DNA of 64,000 bases, taken from contig OZ250173.1 in assembly GCA_965238075.1 (NCBI GenBank), forward strand, positions 2,432,001-2,496,000, in the 5' to 3' direction. A model generated the notes under the pieces. That model was not told the origin of the DNA. It did no database searches and was given only the letters and a program-made list of their open reading frames with translations. The translations under genes and the position numbers were made by a program. The stretch is from Candidatus Entotheonellaceae bacterium (lineage in GTDB: Bacteria; Tectomicrobia; Entotheonellia; Entotheonellales; Entotheonellaceae). Positions 61,164 through 64,000 of this stretch are shown here, in pieces. The first letter of the stretch is position 1, and the number at the start of each line of letters is the position of its first letter.

Positions 61164-61994
61164 TCAGGCGGGGTCCTCTTTGAGCACCCGGATTTCGGTT
61201 TGCGGCGGCGGTTGCACGCGAAACAGGTCCGCCGACACCTCGGTGTTCAATTGCACGTCCGTGTAGCGCCAGACCGCCTGGCGCTGGGTTTCGGGTTCGG
61301 CAACATCAATGCGCGTCGGGAGCAGGATGTCTCCGTGTCGCTCGAAGTCGCCGTAGTTGACCCGTATCACGACTGATCCGGCTGCGTCCTCCATCTCAAA
61401 CCGTACCGGCTGCAAGCTCTGGGGATCGAACCATACGCGATAGCTTGGGTCTGGTCCCGGCTTCGTGCTCTCCCACATATACAGCCGTTCGTCTTCCCGG
61501 TATGCCAAGTCTCCGTTCGCGGGCAGCGGGTTCAGCGGAATGTCACCCAGCAGCAGGTGCAACAGGGATTGGGGCGCCACGGCGATGCCGAACAGCCGCT
61601 CAAGGTTCCGTGCCGATGCGGGCCCGACGACGAGACGGTTGTCCCGGATCATGTGCAAGGCCAGCCATTCCCCGTCGGTAATAAACAGGAACAACGGCTG
61701 CCCGAACGGCCCGATGCCTTCGAGCCGCAGCGCCTCGGCGTGCCGCACGACCACCACAACGTCATCCAGCGCCGCGCTCCCCTTGTCGGTACGGACCTGC
61801 ACCCGCGCAAGCCCTTTCAGATTCTCCAGGACGTTTCGACGTTCCGTCAAATGCTTCCAGAACGGTTCGGCGGAAACGGAGGCGGGCACCGGAGGGGGGG
61901 GCTCGGGGGGCGAAAACAGCCGCAGGCCGCTACAGCCCCCAAGGAGAAACAGGGATACGGCAAGGCTAATGGCGTTGCGGCTCAGGCGTCCCAT
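61164..61994 (-). CDS. LolB-like (DUF4292-like) lipoprotein
   Basis: Lipobox LGGC and LRLE..GPFG; TPR-lolB-ispE gene order. Confidence 0.7.
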   Translation of the reverse strand: MGRLSRNAISLAVSLFLLGGCSGLRLFSPPEPPPPVPASVSAEPFWKHLTERRNVLENLKGLARVQVRTDKGSAALDDVVVVVRHAEALRLEGIGPFGQPLFLFITDGEWLALHMIRDNRLVVGPASARNLERLFGIAVAPQSLLHLLLGDIPLNPLPANGDLAYREDERLYMWESTKPGPDPSYRVWFDPQSLQPVRFEMEDAAGSVVIRVNYGDFERHGDILLPTRIDVAEPETQRQAVWRYTDVQLNTEVSADLFRVQPPPQTEIRVLKEDPA

Positions 61995-63780
61995 GCGCTG
62001 CTTCCTCTATCATGTGTCGAATCTGTTGCAGCTTGCGCTCAACCGCTGGGTCGGCCTTGAGCTCCAGGGATTTTTCCCAGGCTGCCTCGGCCTCATGTAT
62101 TCGGCTCAGCCGGAAGTAGATATCCCCCAAGTGTTCCTGAATAACGGGGTCGTCCGGTACCTCCTCGATGGCCTTGTTCAGTTCCGCCAAGGCTTTCGCG
62201 TACAACCCTTTCTGGAAATAGGCCCAGCCGAGGCTGTCGAGAAAGTAGCCGTTGGTCGGTTCGATTGCCAGGGCGCGCTGAATCACGGTAACCGATTCGT
62301 CGAGCTTGATGCCGCGCTCGGCGTACATGTAGCCGAGGTAATTCAAGGCATTTGCGTGCTTGGGGTCCAGCGTGATGGTGTGCTCCATATGCTGCACGGA
62401 AGAATCGAAGTCCCCCAGCTTTTCGTACACGGCGCCTAGGTTGAAATGGTAGGTGGTGTTGCCGCCGTCCAGGTCCACGGCCTTTTTCAGGCTGACAACG
62501 GCATCGTTGTAGCCCTCGCTCTTGGCCAGTAAGAGGCCGAGGTAGAAATGCGACCCGGCCCGCTTCGGCTTCAGCGAGACGGCCTGGGTCAGGGCGTCGA
62601 CCGCCTGCGGGAGATCTTCCATTTGTTCGTAGATATACCCAATATGTAAATAGACCTCGGGAGACTTCGGGCGCAATCTCGCGGCTTCTTTCAACTCCGT
62701 CAGCGCTTCCTCGTAGCGTTCCAGCTCCTCGTAGGTTTGCGCCAGATAGAAACGCATGTCGACGTTGCCCGGTTCCATCCGCACCACTTCCTGGAGGGCT
62801 TCGAGGGCTTCGAGGTATCTCTCCATTTGCAAACGGAGCATACCGATGCGGCTCAGGTACAAGTTCTGCGGCTCCAGTTGCTGAAGCTCCTCATAAATCC
62901 ACAGTGCTTCATCGAGCCGTTTCTGCTGGGTGTAAAGCTCGGCCAGGCGCTGCTGCAGCCTGAGGTTGTAAGGATTGATCTCGACGGCTTTTTGATACAT
63001 CTCGGTCGCTTCGTCATAGCGCTTCTGCTTGTCATAGATGTTGCCCAGAAAACGCAGCGCCGGCTCGAAGTGCGGTTGCTCCGCGATGGCGCGTTTCAGA
63101 TAGCGTTCGGCGAGGTCGTGGTCGCCCGCTTCGGCGTGGATGCGGGCGAGGGAGTACAAGCCGCGAGTGGAGTTCGGCATCACTTGCATCAATTCCTCAA
63201 AGACAGCGATGGCCTCATCCCGTTGCCCCGCTTCAGCAAAAAGGGAGCCGAGGTGGAGGTACGCCGATTCCTGTTGAGGTTGCAGGGTGATGGACTTGCG
63301 GAAAGCGACTTGTGCTGCCCGGTTATCGCGTCTGAAGGTATGGATTCTGCCGAGGAGGGAATAGGCCTCGTGGGACTCGGGGGCCAATTGAATGGCGCGC
63401 TCGCAGGCTTGTAGGGCCGCATCCAGATTACCTTGCTTGACGTGCAGCCGAGCCAGTTCCAGATGCAGAAATCCGGAGTACGACTGGGTGTTCAGGGCCC
63501 GGTGCATCTCGTCAACAGCACGGTTCAGATAATTCTGCTCCTTGTTGCTGCTGAACTGTAGCAGGTGGCTCAAGAGGTAGTGGAAATCGGACTCGGCGCG
63601 TTGTTGCAACGTCATGTAACGCCGGGCGGAGGCGTTCGGGGGACTTATCGGAGCGGAGTAGGGCGCTTGCGCGATGGCGCCGCCGCTGAAAAACAGCAGC
63701 AAGGCCACAACCGCCCGGAACAAAGTCCGCCTGCTTCTGCAACCTGTCACGCGCCACGCTGAGCCCGTTGTGTTCTGCAT
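61966..63780 (-). CDS. Exported tetratricopeptide repeat protein
   Basis: Many TPRs, including NALNYLGY, FLDSLGWAY and EHLGD. Confidence 0.9.
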   Translation of the reverse strand: MQNTTGSAWRVTGCRSRRTLFRAVVALLLFFSGGAIAQAPYSAPISPPNASARRYMTLQQRAESDFHYLLSHLLQFSSNKEQNYLNRAVDEMHRALNTQSYSGFLHLELARLHVKQGNLDAALQACERAIQLAPESHEAYSLLGRIHTFRRDNRAAQVAFRKSITLQPQQESAYLHLGSLFAEAGQRDEAIAVFEELMQVMPNSTRGLYSLARIHAEAGDHDLAERYLKRAIAEQPHFEPALRFLGNIYDKQKRYDEATEMYQKAVEINPYNLRLQQRLAELYTQQKRLDEALWIYEELQQLEPQNLYLSRIGMLRLQMERYLEALEALQEVVRMEPGNVDMRFYLAQTYEELERYEEALTELKEAARLRPKSPEVYLHIGYIYEQMEDLPQAVDALTQAVSLKPKRAGSHFYLGLLLAKSEGYNDAVVSLKKAVDLDGGNTTYHFNLGAVYEKLGDFDSSVQHMEHTITLDPKHANALNYLGYMYAERGIKLDESVTVIQRALAIEPTNGYFLDSLGWAYFQKGLYAKALAELNKAIEEVPDDPVIQEHLGDIYFRLSRIHEAEAAWEKSLELKADPAVERKLQQIRHMIEEAAHGTPEPQRH

Positions 63781-63785
63781 TGTTC

Positions 63786-64000
63786 CTACCTTTTTGCTAG
63801 CAAATCTTGCCGCCATGCCCGTCTTGCCGCCTCTCGCAATTCTGCGTCAGCAATGCAGGCCGTGCCTTCCCGCACCCGGCGTTCCTCGTCCGCCGTTAGC
63901 AGTGCCGGTTGTTGCGTCGGCCCCTCAGGCGAGGTTCGCGGCCTTGACGGCTGGTCGGAAGCATAGGCCAGTACGAATCGCAGGTTCGAGACCTTTACGT
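63786..64000 (-). CDS. 3' end of a probable DUF721/DciA family gene (5' end off the window)
   Basis: Manual translation gives VKVSNLRFVL...LTADEERRV...IADAELREAARRAWRQDLLAKR*. Confidence 0.5.
   Translation of the reverse strand, partial: VKVSNLRFVLAYASDQPSRPRTSPEGPTQQPALLTADEERRVREGTACIADAELREAARRAWRQDLLAKR

Overview
High-GC bacterial chromosome segment, probably from a diderm (lipoprotein, LolB-like and outer-membrane beta-barrel genes). The taxon cannot be determined from this window. The right third is a housekeeping block entirely on the minus strand: DUF721, TPR, LolB-like, ispE, tRNA-Gln, prs, rplY, pth, rpsF, ssb, rpsR, DUF2232, rplI, dnaB, alr, tgt, then cysteine synthase, FIST, methyltransferase, ligA, nth and miaB. 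The left two-thirds hold mostly plus-strand metabolic and cofactor genes. Six observations stand out. (1) A rhodanese-MoeB/E1 gene has an in-frame TGA at its catalytic-cysteine position, followed by a SECIS-like hairpin, so it is probably a selenoprotein that the ORF track splits in two. (2) An AT-richer cassette encodes a GHKL ATPase/kinase, a STAS-like (DUF4325-like) protein and a PIN nuclease. It is translationally coupled to the remnant 3' end of a DNA methyltransferase gene and is a candidate partner-switch-controlled toxin or defence module. (3) Four same-orientation Xer dif-like sites at 42-44 kb separate small foreign gene cassettes. (4) A REP-associated tyrosine transposase (RAYT) carries three REPs inside its own ORF. 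(5) A second palindromic repeat family has one copy translated in MiaB and another supplying the RBS of larE. (6) An ECF sigma/anti-sigma pair faces a secreted His/Arg-rich protein. All family calls come from motif recognition by eye; no database searches were run.
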